Shown in pieces: positions 18,201 to 25,657 of a DNA stretch of 64,000 nucleotides (position 1 is its first letter; every line of letters begins with the position of its first letter). Below the pieces are notes generated by a model, which worked only from the letters and a program-made list of their open reading frames with translations, searched no databases and was not told the DNA's origin. A program made the position numbers and the translations under genes. Source of the stretch: Nanobdellota archaeon (GTDB lineage Archaea > Nanobdellota > Nanobdellia > Pacearchaeales > GW2011-AR1). The stretch is from NCBI GenBank assembly GCA_038045385.1, contig JBBSYE010000002.1, positions 65,509 to 129,508 of the forward strand, given 5' to 3'.

Positions 18201-21200
18201 GCTTGAATGGCGGGATAACAAATGTAACGATGCAGAAGAATGGGAATAGCGATTTTAATTATACTAATTCAAGTATTGCCGATGGGAATTATATTGTGAG
18301 GTTTTATGTTAATGATACCACAGGTAATGTCAATAGGACTGCTTCAAGAGCTTTTACAATTGATACGACAAAGCCGTTAGTTTCAATTGTTTATCCGACT
18401 AATACAACTTATGCAAGTGTGACTGCTTTGAATTATAGCGTCTCAGATACTAACCTCCAAGCTTGTTGGTATTCCACTAATCTTGGCGTGACTAACACTA
18501 CAATAATTTGCGGGACTAATGTTACTGGGCTTTCTTCAAGCGATGGAAGTAACACTTGGAAAGTTTATGCAAACGACACCACAAATAATTTGAATTCATC
18601 AAGTGTGACATTTAGCGTTGATTCTACTTATCCAACTTTCTCTAATTATCTTGAGAGTCCATCAAATAATTCTGCTTACTCTAGCGGGCAATTTTATGAG
18701 TTTAATGTGACTGTGACTGAAACGAATATTGGGACTGTGAGAATGGAATGGGACGGAACTAATTATTCCACTTATGGAAGTTATAGATTTAATAGGACGG
18801 ATTTGGGAGTTGGAACTTATAGTTATAGGTGGTGGGCGAATGATACTCAAGGCAATCTGAATAGTTCAGGATTGAGATATTATACTGTTGCTCAAGCAAC
18901 AGGAAATGTTACTCTTTACTTAAATCATAGTTTTGCTAATATTACAATAGCTCAAGGAACTTCAATTCGTCTTAATGCTACTTTAGTTGCTGGAACTGGA
19001 ACTATTTCTCTTTATAATAATGGGACTTTGATAAATTCTGGGTCGAGTCCGATTTCTAACTTGACAACCTTCACTAACATTGGAATTTATAATATTACTG
19101 CGATTTATTCTGGAAATAATAATTTTACTTCTGATTTTGAAACTCTGTATGTTAATGTGGTCGATGGTGTCGCGCCTGTCGTTACAATTAATCTTCCGAC
19201 TAATACTACCTATACAAATTCATCTTTGTTGTTTAATGTTAGCTTAAGCGAGAATGGTAGTGTTATTTATTCTTTGAATAATGGAATAACCAATTATACT
19301 CTGGCCGGAAATCAAGGATTATTTGGTACTAACTTTAATTCAAGCAATTCAAGTATTGCAGATGGAGCTTATACTTTTAGTGTTTATGCTAACGATACTT
19401 TCGGTAATAATAACAATACTATTCATGTTAATTTTAGCGTTGAGAATCTTAATCTTTTGGCTTGCGGAACCTTGGATAGAGCAAATACTGAATATACTCT
19501 GACACAAGGGATTACAACTAGTGGAACTTGCTTTAATATTGAAGCTGAAAATATAACCTTGAACGGCAGAGGTTATTCTATCTCTGGTGATGGCGGAGCT
19601 TCGGATTACGGAGTTTATTCAGAGAAATATAATACGAGTGTTAAGAATTTAGTTGTTAATAGTTTTGGAGCGGGAGGAGTCTATTATAATCATGCTCTTA
19701 ATTCTAGCGTTGATAATGTGAATTTTAGCTCTAATCTTTATGGGCTTAGGCTGATTGGAAGTAACGGAACGATAGTTTCTAATTTATTGTTAAACTCCAG
19801 TACACAATATGGTTTGATTATTACATTTTCTAGATTGGTTTCTGTTAGTCATGTGAATGTGTATGAACCGAGTGCCGTTGCGGGAATTTATCTTGGCGGA
19901 TCTCGTATTAACTTGATGGGAATAAATACAACTCTTGGTCAATCTGACAAAGTTATTTCAACGCAAACACTAATTAGTAATTTTGTTTTGAATGCCTCTA
20001 ATATATATGGGGCAGGGATATCGGATGATTTGAATCTTGGACTTGATAGCAATGGTACTTTGATTATAAACACGCCAATAAAGGAATATTCATTTGATGA
20101 TTCTGGTTCTGTATTGACGATATTGAATAGCACTTCAGGAGAGATTGCTTTCTTGTCTAGAGTAAATGGAAGCGGAGGTAATTTATATTCTGAAGTTTAT
20201 ACTCGATCGAATTTGGGTTTCATTAATGTTTCAAATTATGCTTTGAATAAATCAGCTAATATTACTCTCTATTCTATGCCTGCTAACTTTAGCGATCCTG
20301 TCGTTTTAAATAATGGGGCCCTTTGTAGTGTTTGTTATAACTTTACTTCTTTGAATGCTACTACGGTAATTTTCAATGTTTCATATGGGGGAAGCTATAG
20401 CGTTGGGGAAAGGCCTGATTCTATTGTTCCGAGTTTAGTCATTACGTATCCAACTAATACAACTTATACTAGTGTTATTACTGCTTTGAACTATTCTGCT
20501 TCAGATACTAATTTACAGGCTTGCTGGTATTCCACTAATCTTGGCGTGACTAACACTACAATAATTTGCGGGACTAACGTGACTGGACTGACTGCTAGCC
20601 AGGGAAGCAATACGTGGAAAGTTTATGCTAATGATAGCTTTGGACATTTAAACTCAAGTTCTATGACTTTCAACGTTGATAGTCTTGTTCCTTTGATTAG
20701 CTTTGGTCTTGGAACTGAAAATGATAGAGAATTCATGAGCAATTTGTCGCTTTATGTTAATATTTCCTTAACGGAGAGTAATCTTGCTAATGTGACTTTC
20801 TCTATTTATAATTCTTCAAGTGTTGTCAATAGAACTACATTTGATAGTGCTACCTATACATTCAACTTAACTAATGTTCCAGCTGGAATTTATACTTATG
20901 AGGCGAATGCGACTGATAGTTCAGGAAATGTTAATAGTACTGGCGTTTTGACTGCTAGACTTGTCAGTTCTTGTCTTGGACTTTGTTCAGAAGGGACAGG
21001 GTGTTCTATAACTGGAAATAGCTGTTACCTTTATTCTGATATTTGTACTGGTAACGTTTGCGATTTTACTAATTTGACTTTGCAGAATTCTACTATCTTT
21101 ACATTGTATAATGGTAGTGGAGATGGTAATTCTCTAGTGCTGAATATAACCTCAAATTCTTCTAGCTCAATTAGTTTCATTAAGGCAACTGGAGGATATA

Positions 21201-21703
21201 CTGGATTTGTATTTGGCGGGAAGAATGGGACTAATATTGGCTCTGGAAGTCGTGGAGGTCATGGGGGAGTTTTGAATATTACGACTTATGGGTTGTTTAA
21301 TAGAACGCAGGCTAACTTTACCGGTCGTGGCGGTTATGCTACTTCTGGAGTGGGCGGAAATGGTAGCGTTCTTCAGATTAATTATCATGGACTTATCGGC
21401 GGAGCTTATACGGCAGCTACTTGGAGTGGTCGTGTGAACGTGACTGGCGGAAAGTCTGCTGGAGGTACTGCAGGGAGTAACGGGCCGAATCCGATAATAG
21501 TTAAGGATAGTGTTTGCCCGTTGGATGCTGATATAAGTAATGATGGTTTAGTCTCTCAGATAGATTGGCAAACAATAGACGAAGTTTATAACAACTTAAC
21601 TGGAGATTCAACTTTCAGTTCAGCTTATGATATAAACTGCGATGGAAAACTGAATATTATTGATATTTCCAGAATCGGGTTTGTATACGAAAGGGGAAGC
21701 TAG
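12275..21703 (+). CDS. Giant membrane-anchored, sequon-rich surface protein (adhesin-like). Contains an acidic S/D/E tract, two PbH1-type beta-helix blocks, many Ig-like modules, a Gly-rich solenoid and a dockerin-like C-terminus.
   Basis: Single 9.4-kb ORF. The signal-anchor MKRPEWRFMLVVAGMVFAFLVLLLYL is at aa 55-80. The module ..PTNTTYTSVTALNYSVSDTNLQACWYS.NLGVTNTTIICGTNVTG...WKVYANDS..NLNSSSVTFSVD recurs at least 5 times. The true start is uncertain (TTG 12275, GTG 12302 or ATG 12437). Confidence 0.9.
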   Translation: MNVWSFESFVVLLQKVVHKKYTSRDGKKYGPYFYSTQRKGGKIITSYLGKDVVVMKRPEWRFMLVVAGMVFAFLVLLLYLSYGDLLTGRVSLDIDSSYVPGEVVGGYLHLNLKHGELIPADSLVIANLGEASGVYTLGQILGSSSSSGVFYLEDQNLLGDGLGYGVPGTARAYPNVSFILEVSSEEFKEVVTPEVEVEDENETIGDGNETSEDDVEDVAGNETLEDSEDSSDSADSGDSSEDSAEESSSDSEDNDSVSEDSEEDSADEPSSGESGDDESSDGSGEESSSDSGDSSDDESSEDSGDSDSSEGSSESSGDSSSDSGSGITGEAISEESFTVDGLVSRDSDFSYALESGQSARIVSGSVMVNGESVPDAALELDISSNLVVISTTYSIEVEGFGAEFLGDEIETFDIPLSGFGLVALTDSNLGVNIEYNGESLVSAERDISTVAPPETNITLENVTIEIVNESVGANISLVQQGARLGVPVKWTKTVSLDNPSEIIIELPADASNVGVVSFESSEEDSGATIRVDNEGEVSEEFSFDEETPEAIDNETSEEVGESSEGITEEDFTPERETTLTGNVISDPSISIVESALTTEVIVEQPVSEAVIEYETPAPYSIEREIENGKEILIVGHDTIHYLNVIAFSTIPEEWNIRSQAGLSVYWVESGIIVASSLADGDENGIYDYIEWIAPELSNQTFIIEITRATHLNNSREFISDIYDEVYQLDGNWSETIGDGEYVRVTFERNLTSVNDITIYPRIVSGEPSVEVYDYNGSEILASFNPLVENEYNKVYLLSLGNRTQDTFDLKILNGALEFDHIIDPSPSVTNISSCSFAIVNNNTDYQITNSFSYSGVDYCLNVSASNVTIFGNGYTLTGNPNSLGGIASIGSYNVTINNLILDAWDLGVYLENTNNSYLSNVTIKGAGSVGFILSSSSFNNISNLVIFNTSNAGGDAVDISAGSAYNRFFNINLTNTTDVAIQVVTPSNVFENVNVHQSSTAVSLATGAHNTSILVGNFTDSSVSGFSIGVAANGTFSNIYMANPSFIGSRGISITSNVAKNNQFTNLTILNFALQYFRTSLNSVNGTVIDNAYIQNYTLTGNPGAITTFRKPLYGEVYFFRGINGTGTNLSNDVRIGNNSIIINSTKTDLGTNKTSNITFYNLPTTFTSPVILRDGVTCTICYNFTSLNAGTVIFNTTSGGNYTIYGTLPSDTILPLVSITYPTNTTYASAITALNYSTSDTNLQACWYSLDLGVTNNTITCGTNVTGLTATQGSNTWKVYANDSNGNLNTSSVTFAVTLDTTPPDLITVYPTNISYTSLVTAFNYSVGSDAQACWYSLDLGVTNATITCGTNVTNLNSGQGSSTWKVYANDSNNNLNSSSVTFSVDSIIPLVSIVYPTNTTYTSVTALNYSVSDTNLQACWYSTNLGVTNTTIICGTNVTGLSSSDGSNTWKVFANDSSGNLNSSSVTFSVDSGSPSIDFVSPTETSGIFLTRGNIMINLTASDSSLANITIELFNSTSLVNRTTTLTSPNYVNISSLTNGTYYFNATATDTSNNANSTSTRIVYIDTQSPVVSLIAPANNTLATSAGHSFNATFTDNIQLANVTFNLWNSSGALVNSTFRALSGTSGNVNLSVTLPAQGRFFWNYLAVDNASNKAFNHTNFTILFDSAVPLITVSSPTNTTYSTNSILVYFNASDSNGISSYWFYNGSANVSFSSSSSEARPSGTVELRAQTCEASDSAAINTYSGSCDGSYPSIDNADRLAGSNGVYETQTFQIVGASIKYGGVSISVYNNSIANCGAIQRVNLCMEWWMTGALEDMSGPAVEVDANGGASFTATSHGSPGDTANPGVECIDVTSLESWSCNSFFGSSGTRALARNKISSFNEIASEIHTDALFFNVTYSAGVSANAAEGSNSWIFYANDTVNNFNSSSVTFSVNTDSSPPIVTINSPTGNLSVSQVTFNVTTNEASDSALFSLNGGITNVTMQKNGNSDFNYTNSSIADGNYIVRFYVNDTTGNVNRTASRAFTIDTTKPLVSIVYPTNTTYASVTALNYSVSDTNLQACWYSTNLGVTNTTIICGTNVTGLSSSDGSNTWKVYANDTTNNLNSSSVTFSVDSTYPTFSNYLESPSNNSAYSSGQFYEFNVTVTETNIGTVRMEWDGTNYSTYGSYRFNRTDLGVGTYSYRWWANDTQGNLNSSGLRYYTVAQATGNVTLYLNHSFANITIAQGTSIRLNATLVAGTGTISLYNNGTLINSGSSPISNLTTFTNIGIYNITAIYSGNNNFTSDFETLYVNVVDGVAPVVTINLPTNTTYTNSSLLFNVSLSENGSVIYSLNNGITNYTLAGNQGLFGTNFNSSNSSIADGAYTFSVYANDTFGNNNNTIHVNFSVENLNLLACGTLDRANTEYTLTQGITTSGTCFNIEAENITLNGRGYSISGDGGASDYGVYSEKYNTSVKNLVVNSFGAGGVYYNHALNSSVDNVNFSSNLYGLRLIGSNGTIVSNLLLNSSTQYGLIITFSRLVSVSHVNVYEPSAVAGIYLGGSRINLMGINTTLGQSDKVISTQTLISNFVLNASNIYGAGISDDLNLGLDSNGTLIINTPIKEYSFDDSGSVLTILNSTSGEIAFLSRVNGSGGNLYSEVYTRSNLGFINVSNYALNKSANITLYSMPANFSDPVVLNNGALCSVCYNFTSLNATTVIFNVSYGGSYSVGERPDSIVPSLVITYPTNTTYTSVITALNYSASDTNLQACWYSTNLGVTNTTIICGTNVTGLTASQGSNTWKVYANDSFGHLNSSSMTFNVDSLVPLISFGLGTENDREFMSNLSLYVNISLTESNLANVTFSIYNSSSVVNRTTFDSATYTFNLTNVPAGIYTYEANATDSSGNVNSTGVLTARLVSSCLGLCSEGTGCSITGNSCYLYSDICTGNVCDFTNLTLQNSTIFTLYNGSGDGNSLVLNITSNSSSSISFIKATGGYTGFVFGGKNGTNIGSGSRGGHGGVLNITTYGLFNRTQANFTGRGGYATSGVGGNGSVLQINYHGLIGGAYTAATWSGRVNVTGGKSAGGTAGSNGPNPIIVKDSVCPLDADISNDGLVSQIDWQTIDEVYNNLTGDSTFSSAYDINCDGKLNIIDISRIGFVYERGS
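12855..13250 (+). repeat. Low-complexity acidic Ser/Asp/Glu-rich tract within the giant ORF
   Basis: EDSEDSSDSADSGDSSEDSAEESSSDSEDNDS... for about 130 aa. It generates spurious alternative-frame ORFs. Confidence 0.9.
14770..15420 (+). other. Right-handed parallel beta-helix (PbH1/NosD-like) block 1 of the giant protein
   Basis: Periodic NVTIFGNGYTLTG / YNVTINNLILDAWDLGVYLENTNNSYLSNVTIKG / FNNISNLVIFN repeats. Confidence 0.6.
16502..16632 (+). repeat. 131-bp segment identical to 18431-18561 (intragenic direct repeat)
   Basis: Base-by-base comparison of the two stretches. A third copy shares about 52 identical bp at 20526-20577. Confidence 0.9.
18431..18561 (+). repeat. 131-bp segment identical to 16502-16632
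   Basis: See the partner repeat. Confidence 0.9.
19460..19930 (+). other. Beta-helix (PbH1-like) block 2 of the giant protein
   Basis: NITLNGRGYSISG / YNTSVKNLVVNSFGAGGVYY / NSSVDNVNFSSNLYGLRLIGSNGTIVSNLLLN. As with block 1, a CxxCYNFTSLNA segment follows. Confidence 0.6.
21524..21700 (+). other. Dockerin-like C-terminal module (two EF-hand-like Ca-binding loops)
   Basis: DADISNDGLVSQIDWQTI ... YDINCDGKLNIIDISRI is a duplicated DxNxDGxxxxxD pattern about 35 aa apart. Confidence 0.6.
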
Positions 21704-21733
21704 TTTTCTATCTAGTTAGTAGTAACAGAAACA

Positions 21734-21741
21734 TTTAAATA
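21734..21741 (+). promoter_or_regulatory. TATA box (TTTAAATA)
   Basis: 21 nt upstream of the ATG at 21763 (Met4 of the track ORF). Confidence 0.55.
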
Positions 21742-21762
21742 TTCCAATTATCTATGGCAGAT

Positions 21763-22401
21763 ATGAAAAATATCTTTAGTTTAGGTTTTGTTTTCGCTTT
21801 TTTAGCTGTTGCTTTATTGTCAGTCTCTTTTGTTAGTGCTGGTGCTATTGAAACTCCAATAATTACTAAAACAACTCCTGAGATTACTTCTTGGATTGCT
21901 GATGGTCAGACATGGTACAGAGTTGATGTTCGTGCTGATGCAAGTATGTATAATTACCAAGTTAGCGGTTTTGATTGGAGAGTAAATTTCCCTTCATATT
22001 TACAACTTGTAAATTCGCAATGGCCATCTAGTGGTTTCTTTTATCAGGGTTTGCAATTGAATGCTATTTCGAACCCGGATAGAACGGTTACAAGCACCTC
22101 TGTACAGGGGAATGTTGGATTGGCTACGCCTTCGCAGGCCCCAATTGGTCAGAATGCAATAGTTGCTAGTTATTATTTTGTTGCTTCACCTTCAGCTCCA
22201 GTTGGACAAAACTCTTTTGATATACCCTTTGTTTCTATAGTTATAAGAGATGCTTCTCATGAAGTGTGCGGAGTTACAATATGTAGCGGTTTGCCTGGCG
22301 AAATAATCAACGACCCATTCATGATATTCCGAATGCCTGGAAATGGTCATGTTTCAAAGTTAACTTCTGTTAGAAATAGTTTTGCTCAGGCTTTTGAGTA
22401 A
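21763..22401 (+). CDS. Secreted protein with cohesin-like beta-sandwich pattern
   Basis: Signal peptide MKNIFSLGFVFAFLAVALLSVSFVSAG. YQVSGFDWRVNFPSYLQLVN and GQNAIVASYYFVASPSAPVGQNSFDIPFVSIVIRD resemble cohesin strand patterns (by eye). Confidence 0.45.
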   Translation: MKNIFSLGFVFAFLAVALLSVSFVSAGAIETPIITKTTPEITSWIADGQTWYRVDVRADASMYNYQVSGFDWRVNFPSYLQLVNSQWPSSGFFYQGLQLNAISNPDRTVTSTSVQGNVGLATPSQAPIGQNAIVASYYFVASPSAPVGQNSFDIPFVSIVIRDASHEVCGVTICSGLPGEIINDPFMIFRMPGNGHVSKLTSVRNSFAQAFE

Positions 22402-22453
22402 TTAGATTAGTTTACAAAGATAGTTTTTTAAACAAAAGGTCTTTGTTATTGTT

Positions 22454-22798
22454 ATGAACTATTTTTATTTTTTAGCGGGAGTTATTATTGCTGTTGCTCT
22501 TGTTTTTGGAATAGGAAATTATTATGCTGAAAAGGTATTGCTAAGTCCTGAAGAGAGTCTTGAGTTTTCTGGAGATTTGGAATTGAATGCGGTGACGTGT
22601 AGCTCTGCTGCTAATCCTTCTTATGAGAATCCTGATTTGCGTTCGAGATGTCTGAGATGTTCATTTGCGGCCTCTTCTGCTTGCACTCTTGCTTGTCTTG
22701 CTCAAGATGATTACTCTTATGATACTTGTTATAATGGCTTTTTTGGTGTAAATGGATGTCATGGGCGTTTGTTTAAGAGATGTATGAGTAATAGTTGA
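22454..22798 (+). CDS. Small N-terminally anchored Cys-rich extracellular protein
   Basis: 114 aa, one TM and 10 Cys in the last 70 aa. Confidence 0.55.
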   Translation: MNYFYFLAGVIIAVALVFGIGNYYAEKVLLSPEESLEFSGDLELNAVTCSSAANPSYENPDLRSRCLRCSFAASSACTLACLAQDDYSYDTCYNGFFGVNGCHGRLFKRCMSNS

Positions 22799-22820
22799 TA
22801 ATATTCAACTCTCGAGTTTG

Positions 22821-23081
22821 TTATTTTTTATTGTTGTATAGTGCGTTTCTTGATTCTATAAAAAATTCTCTTTGTTCTTCTGGAGATAGTTTTCCATCGT
22901 GGTTTTTATCATAACTCTTTAACATTTCTATACCAATTGTTTCTTTTTTATCTGGAGTGAAATCTTCAGTAAATTCCGGAATCGGGCCGTCTTTTTCAAG
23001 ATATTTGTCATATTCGCTTGTGTTTAAGCATCCTGCTAACACTAAAGGTGTTGCTATGAGTAAATTTCTTAGGTTTTTCAT
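22821..23081 (-). CDS. Small lipoprotein with one EF-hand
   Basis: Lipobox LVLAGC; DKNHDGKLSPEE calcium-binding loop. Confidence 0.6.
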   Translation of the reverse strand: MKNLRNLLIATPLVLAGCLNTSEYDKYLEKDGPIPEFTEDFTPDKKETIGIEMLKSYDKNHDGKLSPEEQREFFIESRNALYNNKK

Positions 23082-23181
23082 ATTTTTTTGAACTTTGGAG
23101 AGTATTTAATGGTTTGGACTATGCGGAGATTTATCGTATAAACGTTTATAAATAATCCTTGCTCTATTTTGTCGTTGAGAG

Positions 23182-24426
23182 ATGATGAGGAAATTTATTT
23201 TTAGTGCGCTTGCTTTTGGAATTTTTAGTTTATTATTCTTACCTGGAGTTTTTGCTATTGGCGCGAGTTTAAGCGATAGTGGAACTTTTGCAGAGACTTC
23301 TGTTTCTTCTGCGAGTAATCTTTATGCTTATGAAATTAATTTTGATTATTCTGGGAGTTATAGCTCGCCGACTTTTGCTGGTTTTTTAGGTTCCGGAACT
23401 AGTACTGGTTCAAGTGCAAGAAGCGGAATATTAAGTGTTTATGAGTCTAAGTTGGATAGCACACAAGCAGGCGTTTCAGGCTCGGGGTTGCTATTTAATA
23501 TGACTCATAGCGGAGATTTAGAATTGAGATATGCTTTGTTTGTTTATGCAAACGGAAATGAAGAATATGTTTATTACAATAATACTGGAGGAAGTAGCGG
23601 AAGTACGACTACCACAAGTGGCAGCGGTTCCAGCTCTACTAATGATGAAGTTATTGCGCCAAACACACTTGATGTTGAGCAGATTAGTTTGACTGCAGAT
23701 ACTGAAGAATTAAGTATAAACTCTATTGTTGGGCAAGAGAATGTGCGTTCTTTTAGAGTTCTTTTTGAAGGAGGCGAGGCGATAACATTGGAGATTAGTA
23801 CCGAAGGACTTGAAGATTATATTACAATTCCAAGCGTAATGACTTTTCAGCCAGGTCAAGAGAGACTTGTTGCGTTTGAGATAGCTCCTGTTTTTAATGG
23901 ATTGCTGACTGGAAAAATAATCTTTAGTTATAATGGTGAGTCTGTGCTTGAGGTGCCAGTTGTTTTAAATGTAAGAAGCGAGAATTTCCTTTTTGATACG
24001 ACCATCGCTTTATCTGATTTTGATAGGCAAGTGACTGCAGGTCAGAGGTTGATTGCACAGGTTGACTTGAAAGAGGTTAGCCAGGGCGATAAAGTTGATA
24101 TTATTGCAACTTATTACGTAAAAGATTATTCTGGAAATGTTTATTTTGAGGATAGCGAGACTTTTTTTGTCTTGGGAGAAAAGAGTTATACTAAGGAAAT
24201 AATTACTGATAATCTTCCTCCTGGGAAATATATCTTTGGTCTTGAAATAGTTTATCCTGGAGCTTTTGCAACTTCAAGTGCTTATTTTGAAGTTAAAGAA
24301 CCATTTAGTTTTATTAATAATCCCACTGCAGTAATTGTTCTTATTGTTGCAATTGGAGCGATTGCAGTATTAGTAGTACTATACTTTAGCATTTTGAGGA
24401 CTCCTAAGAGATATAGGCGAAGGTAG
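23182..24426 (+). CDS. Surface protein: signal peptide, cohesin-like N-domain, Ser/Gly/Thr linker, two beta-sandwich domains, C-terminal TM
   Basis: LYAYEINFDYSGS...GSGLLFNMTHSGDLELRYALFV (cohesin-like). VPVVLNVRSENFLFD... domain is paralogous to 24467-25642. TM plus RTPKRYRRR tail. Confidence 0.55.
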   Translation: MMRKFIFSALAFGIFSLLFLPGVFAIGASLSDSGTFAETSVSSASNLYAYEINFDYSGSYSSPTFAGFLGSGTSTGSSARSGILSVYESKLDSTQAGVSGSGLLFNMTHSGDLELRYALFVYANGNEEYVYYNNTGGSSGSTTTTSGSGSSSTNDEVIAPNTLDVEQISLTADTEELSINSIVGQENVRSFRVLFEGGEAITLEISTEGLEDYITIPSVMTFQPGQERLVAFEIAPVFNGLLTGKIIFSYNGESVLEVPVVLNVRSENFLFDTTIALSDFDRQVTAGQRLIAQVDLKEVSQGDKVDIIATYYVKDYSGNVYFEDSETFFVLGEKSYTKEIITDNLPPGKYIFGLEIVYPGAFATSSAYFEVKEPFSFINNPTAVIVLIVAIGAIAVLVVLYFSILRTPKRYRRR

Positions 24427-24437
24427 TGCGAGAAAGA

Positions 24438-24445
24438 TTTAAATG
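24438..24445 (+). promoter_or_regulatory. TATA box (TTTAAATG)
   Basis: 21 nt upstream of the ATG at 24467 (Met9 of the track ORF). Confidence 0.5.
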
Positions 24446-24466
24446 TCTCTTTTCACTCTTAGCTTG

Positions 24467-25642
24467 ATGAAAAGGTTGATGCTGTTTTTGTTGTTGCCTT
24501 TATTTTTTTCTTTTGCAGGAGCAATAGATAGTTTTGCAGTAAATAGCGTTATAGTTAAAATCTCATTACATCAGGGAGAAAAGGTTGTGAAGACTCTTTC
24601 AGTTACTGCAATTGAACAGGGTTCTTTTGAAGTCGGAGTTAATGAGTTAAAAGGAATAGTTCTTTCTGGAGAGAGTTTTACGCTTTCTAGTGGTGAAAAG
24701 AAAGATATTATCATCAGCGCCGATAGTGCTACTTTGGAATCTGGAGTTTACGTTGGGAATATTGTTGTTAAAAACGCTAAGGAAGAGATTGAAATACCCG
24801 TTGTTTTAGAAATTGAATCTGAAGATGTTTTTTTTGATTTGAATCTTGATATTCCTCCGCAGTATAATGAGATATCTCCTGGCGGGAAATTCATTGCCCA
24901 AGTAAAAGTTTTTGACTTGACGGGCTTTAAGGTCGCTGGGTCTTTAGGGCCTAGTCCGGTTACTTTGAATTACGAGCTTAGGGGTGTGGATGGTAGTGTT
25001 ATTTCCGTGGCCAGTGATAATGTCGTTGTAGATAAACAGACGCAAATTACAAAGACTTTTACAATTCCTTCAACTTTGAGGGAAGGAGATTATTTTTTTA
25101 CTGCAACTGCAAGGCATAAGACTTCTTTCGGAAGTGCAAGCTATTTCTTTTCTGTGCGTTCGCAACTCATAAAATCAGGTTCAATATTTACTCCGGAATT
25201 TATTGCCTTGCTTGTTGTTTTCGGATTTTTCTTTTTACTTATTTTAGCGCTTATAGTATATCTTGTCAGAGATAGGAATAAGTTATTTGCGGAGCTTTAT
25301 AGGCATAATAATTCTGAATTCAGAAGCCAAGAGTCTTTTCTTAGAGAACAGGCTCATGTTTTGGAAAAGAAAGGACTTGAAAAGAAAAAAATAGAGAAAG
25401 AAGTTAATTTTAGACTTGATAAACTAAAACAAAGTCAAGAAAAGCGTGTTTTGACTATGAAGAAACTTGGAGATAAGGGAAATGTTAAAGAAATGCAACG
25501 CAAATTATCTTTGTGGAAGAAACAAGGATATTCGACAACGGGATTGGAACATAAGATGCCTGGCCTTTCTGAAAGGGAAATGAAAGAAGTAATGAAATCT
25601 TGGAAGAAAAAATATAAAACCGAAGACTATAAAAATCGTTAA
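24467..25642 (+). CDS. Single-pass membrane protein: extracellular paralogous beta-sandwich domains, TM, ~140-aa K/E-rich cytoplasmic coiled-coil tail
   Basis: Signal peptide. IPVVLEIESEDVFFDLNLDIPP.. domain. TM FIALLVVFGFFFLLILALIVYLV. Charged tail. Confidence 0.6.
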   Translation: MKRLMLFLLLPLFFSFAGAIDSFAVNSVIVKISLHQGEKVVKTLSVTAIEQGSFEVGVNELKGIVLSGESFTLSSGEKKDIIISADSATLESGVYVGNIVVKNAKEEIEIPVVLEIESEDVFFDLNLDIPPQYNEISPGGKFIAQVKVFDLTGFKVAGSLGPSPVTLNYELRGVDGSVISVASDNVVVDKQTQITKTFTIPSTLREGDYFFTATARHKTSFGSASYFFSVRSQLIKSGSIFTPEFIALLVVFGFFFLLILALIVYLVRDRNKLFAELYRHNNSEFRSQESFLREQAHVLEKKGLEKKKIEKEVNFRLDKLKQSQEKRVLTMKKLGDKGNVKEMQRKLSLWKKQGYSTTGLEHKMPGLSEREMKEVMKSWKKKYKTEDYKNR

Positions 25643-25657
25643 TTCTTATAATGACTA

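Noticed and set aside
15900-20700. Repeated ~240-bp units, considered as a CRISPR array or as a diversity-generating retroelement template/variable repeat pair
   Set aside because: The repeats are in-frame protein modules with no short spacer architecture.

No reverse transcriptase gene is in the window. The copies are either identical or differ at all four bases rather than at adenines only.
22821-23081. Bacterial-type lipobox on an EF-hand protein, considered as evidence of horizontal transfer or contamination
   Set aside because: Lipobox-bearing proteins occur in archaea, and the composition and promoter context match the rest of the window.
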